Origin: Candidatus Limnocylindrus sp.
GTDB lineage: Bacteria > Chloroflexota > Limnocylindria > Limnocylindrales > Limnocylindraceae
NCBI GenBank assembly: GCA_040397255.1
Contig: JBBAWJ010000001.1
Location: 53,850-117,849, forward strand
DNA length: 64,000 bases
Direction of reading: 5' to 3'
Under the pieces are notes generated by a model. That model was not told the origin of the DNA, made no database searches, and saw only the letters and a list, made by a program, of their open reading frames with translations. Shown one piece after another: positions 18,987 to 26,771 of this stretch. The position numbers and the translations under genes were made by a program. Within the stretch, counting starts at the first letter, position 1. Each line of letters opens with the position of its first letter.

Positions 18987-19894
18987 AACTCGCCTTCTGG
19001 CGAAAGAGTTCACCCGACGATGAGAAGCGTGTGGCTGAGGCCATCACTCCAGCCACAAACCCGCTTGCCGCCGTCTTGCGACGATTCATTGCGTCAGAGC
19101 CTGACTGGCGCGAGATCGAAGAGGCACTCCTCGCCAGCGACGTTGGGCTCGCAGCCACCACCGCGCTCATTCAGGCGGCGCGCGATGGCAATGGGGCCAG
19201 CGGGCGTGCCCGGGTGCGGGCCGCCGCACTCAGCCTGCTCGGCGATGACCCGGCGAACCTGACCGATGAGGCCGATGTTGTGCTGCTGGTTGGTGTCAAC
19301 GGCGTAGGGAAGACGACTACCGCCGCCAAGCTCGCCGCCCGTGCGAAAGGGGCTGGACTCTCGCCCCTCCTCGTGGCCGCAGATACGTTCCGCGCCGCAG
19401 CCATCGATCAGTTACGCGCGCTCGGCGTGCGCGAAGGGGTCGAGGTGGTCGAGGGTCGACCAGGCGGCGATCCCGCAGCCGCCATTCACGATGCGCTGAC
19501 CCTGGCCGCGGCGCGTGATTTTGCTCCCGTGATCATTGATACCGCCGGCCGCATGCAAACGCGGAGTGGCCTGATGGATGAGCTCGCGAAAATCCGACGC
19601 GTGGTAACGAAAGTTGCCCCGACCCGCACCGTTGAGGTGCTGCTCGTATTGGATGGCACGGCCGGACAGAACGGCCTTGCGCAAGCGCGCGGGTTTGACG
19701 CATCGGCGGGAATCGATGGCATTGTTCTGACCAAGCTCGATAGCGGCGCGCGCGGTGGGGTGGCGCTGGCGGTACGACGCGAGCTAGGTCTGCCGATTCG
19801 CTGGATCGGAACGGGCGAGCGTGCCACCGATCTCGTGCCATTCGCCGCCGAGGCGTACGTCGACGGATTACTAGGCGCGCCCGCGGGCTCCTGA
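18983..19894 (+). CDS. ftsY: signal recognition particle receptor FtsY (short, NG domain only)
   Basis: VGVNGVGKTTT, DTAGR and TKLDSGARGG are the SRP GTPase motifs. 303 aa. Confidence 0.9.
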   Translation: MKLAFWRKSSPDDEKRVAEAITPATNPLAAVLRRFIASEPDWREIEEALLASDVGLAATTALIQAARDGNGASGRARVRAAALSLLGDDPANLTDEADVVLLVGVNGVGKTTTAAKLAARAKGAGLSPLLVAADTFRAAAIDQLRALGVREGVEVVEGRPGGDPAAAIHDALTLAAARDFAPVIIDTAGRMQTRSGLMDELAKIRRVVTKVAPTRTVEVLLVLDGTAGQNGLAQARGFDASAGIDGIVLTKLDSGARGGVALAVRRELGLPIRWIGTGERATDLVPFAAEAYVDGLLGAPAGS

Positions 19895-21181
19895 CGTTGG
19901 GATCTGCGAGAGCGACCGGATTCTGCCGAGGCGGGAGGTTGCGACAAAGAGGCCGACAGCGATAGAGGCGCCGCCACCAACGAGCAGCGCAACGCCACTC
20001 CCGGCCACAGAACTACCGATCAGGCCACCAACGATGATCCCCAACAGTCGGCCGAGGATGCCGATGCCATCATTCGCCGCGTTGGCGCGCCCCTGGAAGG
20101 CGGCCGGCAAAACTCGCCCACGAATGGCCGCCTGATTCGCCTCCCAGACTGTCTCAAAACCGTCGCTCAGCAGCTGATGCCCAACGAGCATGGCGAATCC
20201 GACGATCGTTGCGCCCGGCGCGAGCGGCACAAGGATCAGGCCGAAACCCACGATCCCCAAGCTGACCGATATTGCTCGCCCAACGCCAAGGAGTCGAGAG
20301 ATGCGCTCGGTCAGCGCTCCGCCGAGGAAGGCGGCAATGCCGCCAGTTGCGATCACCAGCCCGATCGCCTCTGGTCCGAGACCGAGCCCGTTGGTGACAA
20401 AGAGCAGGTACGAAGATCGGAAGAGTCCAAAGTAGAGACCAATCACAAAGGTCGAGATGAGCAGCGGTCGCATGATCGCAACAGACCAGGTCTTCTTCAG
20501 GCCATCGGAGAGCTCGCGGCGGAAGCTTGATCGGGCAGATGCTGGCGGCAGTTTCGGCTCCGCCACACGCAGGAACCCGATCAGCACCGCCGAAGCGATG
20601 TAGGTCAAAGCATCGATGCCAATTGCCGCGGGCCCACCGAATGCGCCAACCAGGAGACCGGCAGAGCCAAACCCGAAGAACTCCGCTGCGCCACGAATCC
20701 CCAACGTTCGAGCCAGAACGGCACGCAACGCCGATGAGTTGACGAGCCCGGCGAAGTAGCTCCGTTCGGCAATGTCAAAGGTGGTTGCGCACATGCCACA
20801 GAGGGCGCTTACTGCGATCAAGTGGGGGAGGGTTACCCCGTCGAAGAGGGCGGCGGCGAGTGGAATCGTGCCGAGCAGCAGGGCCCGCAGCAGGTCGGTG
20901 CCGATGAGTACGGGCTTACGGGGGAGTCGGTCGATCCACACCCCCGCGAACTGACTGACGACCGCGCCCGCAATGAGGTCCACAGCGGCGAGGGCGGCCG
21001 CCTCAGCCGCGTTGATGCCGAGGCCAATGATGGCGAGGAGGGGGAGGGCGGCTCTAGTGATGAATGAGCCGTAGGTCGAAATAGCCTGCGCGCTGATCAG
21101 CACGTTCACGTCGCTCCGCACGAGCGGGGTTAGATCCTGGAGGCCACCCCGCCTCTTGGACGTAACTTTTCGAGCACTCAT
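19871..21181 (-). CDS. MFS transporter
   Basis: About 12 predicted TM helices rich in G/A/L/I (e.g. LLAIIGLGINAAEAAALAAVDLIAGAVVSQFAG). The real start is probably MSARKVT… or MSRVYARAMSARKVT…, because the upstream ORF extension overlaps the divergent ffh start. Confidence 0.7.
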   Translation of the reverse strand: MSARKVTSKRRGGLQDLTPLVRSDVNVLISAQAISTYGSFITRAALPLLAIIGLGINAAEAAALAAVDLIAGAVVSQFAGVWIDRLPRKPVLIGTDLLRALLLGTIPLAAALFDGVTLPHLIAVSALCGMCATTFDIAERSYFAGLVNSSALRAVLARTLGIRGAAEFFGFGSAGLLVGAFGGPAAIGIDALTYIASAVLIGFLRVAEPKLPPASARSSFRRELSDGLKKTWSVAIMRPLLISTFVIGLYFGLFRSSYLLFVTNGLGLGPEAIGLVIATGGIAAFLGGALTERISRLLGVGRAISVSLGIVGFGLILVPLAPGATIVGFAMLVGHQLLSDGFETVWEANQAAIRGRVLPAAFQGRANAANDGIGILGRLLGIIVGGLIGSSVAGSGVALLVGGGASIAVGLFVATSRLGRIRSLSQIPTSGARGRA

Positions 21182-21203
21182 CGCGCGAGCGTACACTCTG
21201 GAC

Positions 21204-22637
21204 ATGTTTGACGCGCTCGGCAGCAGTCTTCGGGCCTCACTCCGCCGCCTTACGGGGAGTGGGCGAATCAGTGCCGCCGACCTTGAGGCCGGCCTTGCCG
21301 ATATTCGCACCTCCCTGGTCGGCGCAGATGTTGCGATGCCCGTTGTTGCGCAGCTGTTGGAGCGCATCGGCGAGCGCGCGCGCGCGAGTGAGATCGTTGG
21401 CGACTTAGGCGCTGGCGAGCGCATGTTGGGAATCCTGCACAGCGCGCTGACGGAGACACTGGGTGGCTCTGGTCGCGACCTCGACCTGCGCGAGCGACCA
21501 GCCACCATCCTCCTGCTCGGCTTGCAGGGTGCGGGTAAAACAACAACGGCGGCAAAGCTTGCCTACCGCTTGGCGAAAGATGGCCGACGTCCGCTGCTCG
21601 TTGCCGCCGACCCACGTCGACCGGCAGCGGCAGAGCAGCTCGCCACCTTGGCCGCTGCAATCAAGGTGCCAATGCATCGCGAACCGCTCGGTACGCCAGT
21701 GGCAGAGATCGGAACGCGTGCCATCGCTGCAGCCCGACGCCTCGGCCTTGACGTGGTGATCATCGACAGCTCAGGGCGCACCACCCTTGACGACGAGCTC
21801 CTAGAAGAGTTGCGCGACCTTCGTGACGCGACGAAGCCGCGTGAGCGGCTCTTGGTTCTCGACGCGGCCACCGGTCAGTCAGCCCTGGCGATCGCCGAAG
21901 GATTCAAGGCCGTGGCTGAGCCGACGGGACTCATCCTCTCCAAACTTGACGGAGATGCGCGCGGTGGTGCCGCACTCTCGATTGCCGGCGGTGCAGGAAT
22001 TCCGGTCGTCTATGTGGGCACCGGCGAGCGCTCCGATGCGCTGGAGCGTTTCCATCCTGAGCGCATTGCGAACCGCATTCTCGACATGGGCGATCTTGCA
22101 ACGCTGGCCGAGCGCGTCCACGACGCCGAGATTGGACCGCTCGCGGCGCCGGATGCCGAGGTCCGCGCGAAGGCGGTAGAGGCTCGTGCACTGCGTGGCG
22201 GGATGACCTTCGACGATCTTCTCGGCCAGCTCCGCCAAATGGCATCGCTTGGGCCGATCGGCCAGGTGGTCAAGATGATCCCTGGGATGGGCGGGATGGC
22301 CGAGCAGGCCGAGGCCGCCGTCGCCAGCGGTGAACTGAAGCGCACGGAGGCGATCATCCTCTCGATGACCCCCGCCGAACGGCGTGACCCAGCCCTCTTG
22401 ACCCTGCCGCGGCGCCGACGCATTGCCGCAGGGGCGGGGCGAGCGATCGAGGAGGTCAATCGGCTGGTCAAGCGACTCGAGGAGATGCGCACCCTGATGC
22501 GACGTGCCGGTGGCGGAGACCCGAGCCGGCTGATGGGCGGCGGCGCAGGCCTCCCTGGCAAGCACGCGGGCGGGCGGATCCCTGCGAAGGCGGCGAAGCG
22601 TGAAAAGCGGGCGAAAAAGGGTGGCAAACGGCGCTAG
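21204..22637 (+). CDS. ffh: signal recognition particle protein Ffh
   Basis: MFDALGSSLRASLRRLTGSGRI… is the canonical Ffh N-terminus. GLQGAGKTTT GTPase motif. M-domain (Met/Arg-rich) C-terminus. The ORF-track start at 21156 is rejected. Confidence 0.9.
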   Translation: MFDALGSSLRASLRRLTGSGRISAADLEAGLADIRTSLVGADVAMPVVAQLLERIGERARASEIVGDLGAGERMLGILHSALTETLGGSGRDLDLRERPATILLLGLQGAGKTTTAAKLAYRLAKDGRRPLLVAADPRRPAAAEQLATLAAAIKVPMHREPLGTPVAEIGTRAIAAARRLGLDVVIIDSSGRTTLDDELLEELRDLRDATKPRERLLVLDAATGQSALAIAEGFKAVAEPTGLILSKLDGDARGGAALSIAGGAGIPVVYVGTGERSDALERFHPERIANRILDMGDLATLAERVHDAEIGPLAAPDAEVRAKAVEARALRGGMTFDDLLGQLRQMASLGPIGQVVKMIPGMGGMAEQAEAAVASGELKRTEAIILSMTPAERRDPALLTLPRRRRIAAGAGRAIEEVNRLVKRLEEMRTLMRRAGGGDPSRLMGGGAGLPGKHAGGRIPAKAAKREKRAKKGGKRR

Positions 22638-22673
22638 TCCACGGGGAGGGATGCGCCCGAGCCGCTGAGCGGC

Positions 22674-22679
22674 TAGGAT
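22674..22679 (+). promoter_or_regulatory. -10-like TAGGAT upstream of rpsP, abutting a 6-bp hairpin (22660-22674)
   Basis: agccgcTGAgcggcTAGGATTC. About 78-nt leader to the rpsP ATG. Confidence 0.35.
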
Positions 22680-22756
22680 TCACGGACTGACCCCCTGGCA
22701 ACGCCAGGACCACCAGCCGCACCGTAAGGGGCGGCGCCTCGGAGGATGCATCAGGG

Positions 22757-23245
22757 ATGAGTGTTCGGATCCGTTTGACCCGCGTGGGCGCATCTAAGCA
22801 GCCATCGTATCGTGTGGTTGCCACTGATCGCCGTTCGCCACGCGACGGTCGCTCACTGGAAATTCTCGGCCACTACAACCCACGCACCGAGCCAATGACG
22901 CTGGTGCTTGATCTCGCCAAGGTTGATGCCTGGATCGCCAAGGGCGCACAGCCATCTGACGTTGTCGGCAAGTTGATTACGAAGGCGCGCACTGGCGGGA
23001 TTGCCACGGGCGGCAAGACGTTGGCGAAGGCTGCAACGCCGGGCTACACCAAGCCTGGGACGCGGCCAGTTGTCGAAGAGCGAACGGTGGTCGTTGAGGC
23101 TGCACCAGAGGCCGCTGTTGAAGCGACCGCTGAAGATGCACCTGTCGTCGAAGCGGCACCGGTAGAGGAAGTCGCGGCTGTTGAAGGTGCACCCGTTGTC
23201 GAAGAGGCACCAGCAGAGGCGGCACCTGCCGCCGAGGAGGCGTAA
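22757..23245 (+). CDS. rpsP: 30S ribosomal protein S16 with Ala/Glu/Val/Pro-rich C-terminal extension
   Basis: [42 protein letters not shown] matches bS16. About 80-aa low-complexity tail. Confidence 0.9.
   Translation: MSVRIRLTRVGASKQPSYRVVATDRRSPRDGRSLEILGHYNPRTEPMTLVLDLAKVDAWIAKGAQPSDVVGKLITKARTGGIATGGKTLAKAATPGYTKPGTRPVVEERTVVVEAAPEAAVEATAEDAPVVEAAPVEEVAAVEGAPVVEEAPAEAAPAAEEA
23090..23245 (+). repeat. low-complexity coding repeat (A/E/V/P-rich) forming the bS16 C-terminal tail
   Basis: [51 protein letters not shown]. The underlying imperfect direct nucleotide repeats are gc(a/t)cc(a/g)g(t/a)(a/t)g(a/t)(a/g)g. Confidence 0.6.
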
Positions 23246-23479
23246 TTGGCAGCAGCGCAACTTGTTGAATATGTCGCAAAGTCCCTTGCCGATAATCCAG
23301 ACGGTGTCAGCGTTGAGGTCGAAGAGGATGGCGACTCCATCATCTTGCGCCTTCTCGTTGATGAAGAGGACATGGGCCGAGTCATCGGGCGCAACGGCAG
23401 CATTGCCAAGGCGATGCGCAGCCTGTTGAAGGTCGTTTCAAATCGCACCGGAGAGAACTACGTCCTCGAAATTGGCTGA
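23246..23479 (+). CDS. KH-domain RNA-binding protein (YlqC family)
   Basis: LVEYVAKSL…GRVIGRNGSIAKAMRSLLK is the KH GxxG motif. Conserved rpsP-KH-rimM-trmD position. Confidence 0.85.
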   Translation: MAAAQLVEYVAKSLADNPDGVSVEVEEDGDSIILRLLVDEEDMGRVIGRNGSIAKAMRSLLKVVSNRTGENYVLEIG

Positions 23480-24113
23480 TGTAACGACGGACCTGCGCGT
23501 TGCGCAGGTGCGCGGCGTTCGCGGTCTTGATGGCACCCTTCGCCTCGAGGTCCTGACCGACCTTCCCGAGCAGCGCTTTCTTCCTGGTGCTCGTCTCTCT
23601 GTTGAAGGCTCTGAGCGCGTCCTCACAATCCTCGAGGTAACCCCTAGCTCCCCAGGCCTCTTTATTCGCGTCGGTGAGGTGCAGAGTCGACTGGCGGGCG
23701 AGCGGCTCGTTGGCGCCTATCTCACCATTCCAGCCGCCCAGGTGCAGATCCCGCCAGACCGTGTGCTCTGGGACGAAGTGATTGGAGTGACGGTGCGCGA
23801 CCCTCAAGGTGAAATCATCGGTGAGGTTCATGATCTCTATCGCGCAGGCGGCGCCGAGGTGTATGTCGTACGAACGCCAGATGGGGGAGAGATCGACCTC
23901 CCGGCAGTCGCCTCGGTCATTGTCGAGTTCGCACCACGCGAAGGGCGCATCGTTGCCGATCTCACCGGGTCAGAGCTCACCGTTCGCGCGGCAAAGGCCG
24001 TTCGCCGGCGTGGACCCCAGAAGACGCCCGGCAGCGTCGCCTCGCTGCGTGCCGCAAAGGCATCACGCCGACCGAAGCATCGCGACGCCAAGCCCCCGGC
24101 AGGTGACGCATGA
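23472..24113 (+). CDS. rimM: ribosome maturation factor RimM (basic C-terminal extension)
   Basis: RVAQVRGVRGLDGTLRLEV…LWDEVIGVTV matches the RimM PRC-barrel. Basic tail …RRPKHRDAKPPAGDA. Confidence 0.85.
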   Translation: MADVTTDLRVAQVRGVRGLDGTLRLEVLTDLPEQRFLPGARLSVEGSERVLTILEVTPSSPGLFIRVGEVQSRLAGERLVGAYLTIPAAQVQIPPDRVLWDEVIGVTVRDPQGEIIGEVHDLYRAGGAEVYVVRTPDGGEIDLPAVASVIVEFAPREGRIVADLTGSELTVRAAKAVRRRGPQKTPGSVASLRAAKASRRPKHRDAKPPAGDA

Positions 24114-24820
24114 GCGATGAGGCTCGCACAGTGCTGAAGATTGATGTGATCTCACTCTTCCCGGAAACGATCATGTCGGCGCTCTCCGCCAGCATTCCAG
24201 CGCGTGCCCTTGAGCGCGGCTTGGCCTCCCTCACCTGCCACGATCTACGCACTTGGGGGATTGGGAAGCACCGCTCGGTCGACGATGAGCCGTATGGCGG
24301 CGGGGCGGGGATGCTCCTGCGACCAGAGCCGCTTGTTGATGCGATCGAGGCGCTGCGCGGCCCAGGCTCCACCGTCATCCTCTTTGATGCGGGCGGCGAA
24401 CGCCTGCGGCAGCCGCGCGTTCGCGCACTTGCGGCGGCCTCGCATCTGATCATCATCTGCGGTCGCTACGAAGGGGTGGATGACCGCGTCCGCGCCTATG
24501 TGGATCTCGAGCTGAGCATCGGCGACTTCGTCCTCTCCGGTGGTGAGCCGGCGGCGATCGTCCTCTGTGACGCGATCTTGCGCCTCGTCCCAGGCGCCAT
24601 CGATGCCGCCTCGCTCTCTGAGGAGTCGTTCTCTGGCGATCTCCTCGAGTACCCCCAGTTTACCCGCCCCGCCGAATTCCGAGGCGTGGGCGTCCCCGAG
24701 ATCCTCCTCTCAGGGAACCACGCTGGAGTGGCCGCCTGGCGGCACGAGGAGGCGGTCCGCCGCACCCAGCGCCAGCGTCCTGACCTCGCCAAGCCTGCGA
24801 AGGGAAGCGAGGGGTCATAA
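24110..24820 (+). CDS. trmD: tRNA (guanine37-N1)-methyltransferase
   Basis: LKIDVISLFPE…DEPYGGGAGMLL…ICGRYEGVDDR matches the TrmD SPOUT motifs. Confidence 0.95.
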   Translation: MSDEARTVLKIDVISLFPETIMSALSASIPARALERGLASLTCHDLRTWGIGKHRSVDDEPYGGGAGMLLRPEPLVDAIEALRGPGSTVILFDAGGERLRQPRVRALAAASHLIIICGRYEGVDDRVRAYVDLELSIGDFVLSGGEPAAIVLCDAILRLVPGAIDAASLSEESFSGDLLEYPQFTRPAEFRGVGVPEILLSGNHAGVAAWRHEEAVRRTQRQRPDLAKPAKGSEGS

Positions 24821-24841
24821 GGGGAGGCCCCAGAGGGGCTG

Positions 24842-24850
24842 TGCTATTCT
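24842..24850 (+). promoter_or_regulatory. extended -10-like TGcTATTCT upstream of rplS, followed by a leader hairpin at 24861-24879
   Basis: TGCTATTCT. Then gccgacag-GTT-ctgtcggc (8-bp stem) between the -10 and the GGAGA RBS. Confidence 0.35.
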
Positions 24851-24896
24851 CACCGCCCGCGCCGACAGGTTCTGTCGGCCACCACGGAGACTAACT

Positions 24897-25553
24897 ATGA
24901 ATCTGATCCGCACGCTGACCGACGCCCAGATGAAGAGCGATCTCCCGGAGATCAAGACCGGCGACACCGTCAAGGTGTCGGCAAAGGTCGTTGAAGGGAA
25001 CCGAGAGCGCATTCAGGTATTCGAGGGCACCGTCATGCGCCTGCGCGGCGGCGGACTCGGCTTGAACATCACCGTCCGACGCATCGCCTCAGGCGTTGGC
25101 GTTGAGCGAACCTTCAAGGTGCACAGCCCACGCATCGAGAAGATTGAAGTGGTCCGCCACGGTGTGTCGAATCGCGCCCAGCTCTACTTCCTCCGTGATC
25201 GTGTCGGCAAGCAGTCATCGCTCCGCGAGCGCCGCGATAGCGCCACCGACATTGCCAAGAACGAGGTGAAGGCCGCCGCAAAGAAGGCCATTAAGGACGA
25301 AGCAGACGCCGTGATCGCCGCCGCTGCCGCAGTCGTTGCAGCTGAAGAGGCGGCAGTAGCCGCCGCAGCCGCTGCAGCCGTTGCTGCTGAAGAGGCCGCC
25401 GCCGCTGCAACTGCAGCCGAGGTCGTTGCCGAAGCTCCAGTCGTTGAGGCGCCAGTTGCCGAAGCGACCGAGGTGAACGCCGAAGTCGCCACCGAAGAGA
25501 GCGCACCTGTTGAGGCGCCAGTCGCTGAGGAGACGGAGAAGGCTCCGGAGTGA
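24897..25553 (+). CDS. rplS: 50S ribosomal protein L19 with long Ala/Glu-rich C-terminal extension
   Basis: MNLIRTL…KTGDTVKVSAKVVEGNRERIQVFEGTV matches bL19. GGAGA RBS 5 nt upstream. The ORF-track Ser/Arg-rich N-terminal extension from 24540 is rejected. Confidence 0.9.
   Translation: MNLIRTLTDAQMKSDLPEIKTGDTVKVSAKVVEGNRERIQVFEGTVMRLRGGGLGLNITVRRIASGVGVERTFKVHSPRIEKIEVVRHGVSNRAQLYFLRDRVGKQSSLRERRDSATDIAKNEVKAAAKKAIKDEADAVIAAAAAVVAAEEAAVAAAAAAAVAAEEAAAAATAAEVVAEAPVVEAPVAEATEVNAEVATEESAPVEAPVAEETEKAPE
25300..25553 (+). repeat. low-complexity coding repeat (A/E/V-rich) forming the bL19 C-terminal tail
   Basis: …AAAAVVAAEEAAVAAAAAAAVAAEEAAAAATAAEVVAEAPVVEAPVAEATEVNAEVATEESAPVEAPVAEETEKAPE. Imperfect about 27-nt direct repeats (gttgaggcgccagt(t/c)gc(c/t)ga(a/g)g…). 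Confidence 0.6.
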
Positions 25554-26221
25554 GCGACCTGCGGCCCAAGAGTGGCCGCACACTGCCAACTCGCGAACTT
25601 GAGCTGCGCCACGGTCATCCTGAACGTGCCGTCATCGGCATTGATGAGGTTGGCCTTGCCCCGCTCGCCGGACCTGTCGTGGCCTGCGCCATTTTGATGC
25701 CTGCAGGGGATCCGATCCCAGGCGTTCGCGATTCGAAGATGCTGACGCCAGCGCGCCGCGTCGTGCTCGCGCAGCAGATCCGAGACGTTGCGCTCGCCAT
25801 CGGTATCGGCGCCGCTTCAGCGCGAGAGGTAGAGCGCATCAACCCCCGCGCAGCATCACATCGCGCGATGGCTCGCGCCGTAGCGCAACTCTCTCGCAGA
25901 AGGGGGGCGGCGCCAGACTTTGCCCTCGTCGATGGGAGTAGCGCGCGCGAACTCCGCGACCTGATCGGACCACATGCGACGGTCGTCCGCGGCGATCAGT
26001 CGGTCTATGCGATCGCCTGTGCCTCCATCGTCGCGAAGGTGCTTCGCGACAAGCTCATGGCCGAACTCTCACTGCGCTACCCCGGATATGGCTGGGAATC
26101 GAATGTGGGCTATCCAGCCCCCGCACACCTTGCAGCGCTTGATGCGCTCGGCGTGACGCCGCATCATCGCCGCACCTATGCGCCCGTCGCAGCACGTCTC
26201 GGGCTGACGCCTCGAGGCTAA
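25550..26221 (+). CDS. rnhB: ribonuclease HII
   Basis: VIGIDEVGLAPLAGPVVACAIL…DSKMLTPARR matches RNase HII. Confidence 0.9.
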   Translation: MSDLRPKSGRTLPTRELELRHGHPERAVIGIDEVGLAPLAGPVVACAILMPAGDPIPGVRDSKMLTPARRVVLAQQIRDVALAIGIGAASAREVERINPRAASHRAMARAVAQLSRRRGAAPDFALVDGSSARELRDLIGPHATVVRGDQSVYAIACASIVAKVLRDKLMAELSLRYPGYGWESNVGYPAPAHLAALDALGVTPHHRRTYAPVAARLGLTPRG

Positions 26222-26241
26222 ATCTTGGGAGTACGCGATAG

Positions 26242-26616
26242 GTGCGCGGCTGGCCTGAACATGTCGAAGTGGCAGTCAGCAGTGCGCAGCGTGCAATCGT
26301 CGGTCGTGAGGCCGAAGCTCTTGCGGCGCGATCCCTGGCTCGCAGCGGCTGGGTGATCCTTTCGCGCAACCTGCGACTCGGGCAACTTGAGGTGGACCTG
26401 CTCGCGCGTGACCCGCGCGGCCTCCTCGTTGCCATCGAGGTGCGGCGCCGTGGCTCCGTGGGTGCCGCCTCGCCGTCAGAGCTCCTGGGGGCACGCAAGA
26501 TGCGGGCCCTGCGGCGGCAGCGTGCCCACCTCCCAGAGCGGTGCCGCATTGACCTCCTCCTCGTGCTCGGCAGCCCCGGGCGCGAGCGGCTCCGCCTCGT
26601 TCGCGGGGTCGCCTAG
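26242..26616 (+). CDS. yraN: YraN family (UPF0102) predicted endonuclease
   Basis: REAEALAARSLARSGWVILSRNLRLGQLEVDLLARD…LVAIEVRRR matches the YraN/UPF0102 pattern. Conserved position after rnhB. Confidence 0.8.
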   Translation: MRGWPEHVEVAVSSAQRAIVGREAEALAARSLARSGWVILSRNLRLGQLEVDLLARDPRGLLVAIEVRRRGSVGAASPSELLGARKMRALRRQRAHLPERCRIDLLLVLGSPGRERLRLVRGVA

Positions 26617-26630
26617 GGGCTCGGCGCCCG

Positions 26631-26639
26631 TGCTAGGAT
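26631..26639 (+). promoter_or_regulatory. extended -10 TGcTAGGAT upstream of rpsB-tsf
   Basis: TGCTAGGAT. About 130-nt structured leader follows. Confidence 0.4.
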
Positions 26640-26666
26640 TCCCGAGCGTCCGAAACGGGCGTCCGC

Positions 26667-26730
26667 CCCCGCGAGGGGTCGAAATACGCACGCGGAACAA
26701 GACGCCTCACTACGGTGGCCCTTCGGGGTC
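26667..26730 (+). promoter_or_regulatory. structured rpsB 5' leader with GNRA (cccc-GCGA-gggg) and UUCG (ggccc-UUCG-ggguc) tetraloop hairpins
   Basis: Perfect short stems closed by the two most stable tetraloop classes, at 26667-26678 and 26717-26730. uS2 is known to autoregulate rpsB-tsf through its leader. Confidence 0.4.
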
Positions 26731-26771
26731 GTGACGGCGCCCCGCGGTGGAATAACCGTGCAAGGAGAACT

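Noticed and set aside
24540-24896. Ser/Arg-rich 119-aa N-terminal extension of the rplS ORF. Similar upstream extensions occur in the ORF track for rpsB (26715), tsf (27619), nusA (34660), ffh (21156), rny (to 59199) and rpmB (to 6907).
   Set aside because: Each extension overlaps the upstream gene or its leader in another frame and lacks homology. Conserved protein N-termini and RBS positions support the internal starts used in the feature list.
25300-25553. Tandem-repeat DNA (A/E-rich coding repeats in rplS, rpsP), considered as a possible CRISPR array or satellite.
   Set aside because: Repeats are imperfect, in frame and translate into a coherent low-complexity tail within ribosomal protein genes. 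There is no repeat-spacer periodicity.
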